Shown here piece by piece: positions 19,036 to 19,037 of a stretch of DNA of 19,037 bases. The stretch is from Kofleriaceae bacterium (GTDB taxonomy: Bacteria; Myxococcota_A; Polyangia; Haliangiales; Haliangiaceae), in NCBI GenBank assembly GCA_046597055.1, contig JBKJLC010000069.1:1-19037 (forward strand). Direction: 5' to 3'. Every line of letters begins with the position of its first letter. Within the stretch, counting starts at the first letter, position 1. The notes beneath the pieces are model-generated. The model did not search any database and was not told where the DNA came from. It was given only the letters and a program-made list of their open reading frames with translations. The position numbers and the translations under genes were made by a program.

Positions 19036-19037
19036 GG

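Overview
High-GC (roughly 70% by eye) bacterial window. The gene content (Cys-rich lipoprotein, tandem MBL hydrolases, carboxypeptidase-regulatory-like protein, lipoprotein M16 peptidase) suggests Myxococcota, possibly Kofleriaceae/Haliangiales; this is an inference. From left to right: the 3' end of a + strand gene; an M48 metalloprotease; two coupled MBL-fold hydrolases; a coupled trio of two FadL-like outer-membrane barrels and a beta-propeller-like lipoprotein; a Cys-rich lipoprotein divergent from dtd; two 159-aa paralogues behind an apparently collapsed gene; dppB/dppC-like permeases coupled to a Rieske ferredoxin; a REP-like mosaic containing a 3 x 96-bp array; a carboxypeptidase-regulatory-like membrane protein; an M16 peptidase; a 542-bp non-autonomous element with IS21-type ends and a 6-bp target duplication; and a truncated WD40-like gene. 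The best leads are a possible collapsed toxin with an orphan immunity pair (8780-10138), a covarying tandem-G.A hairpin repeat family, the twin-barrel module, an MBL paralogue missing a conserved His, and several apparently leaderless promoters. All calls come from reading motifs by eye; no database searches were run.
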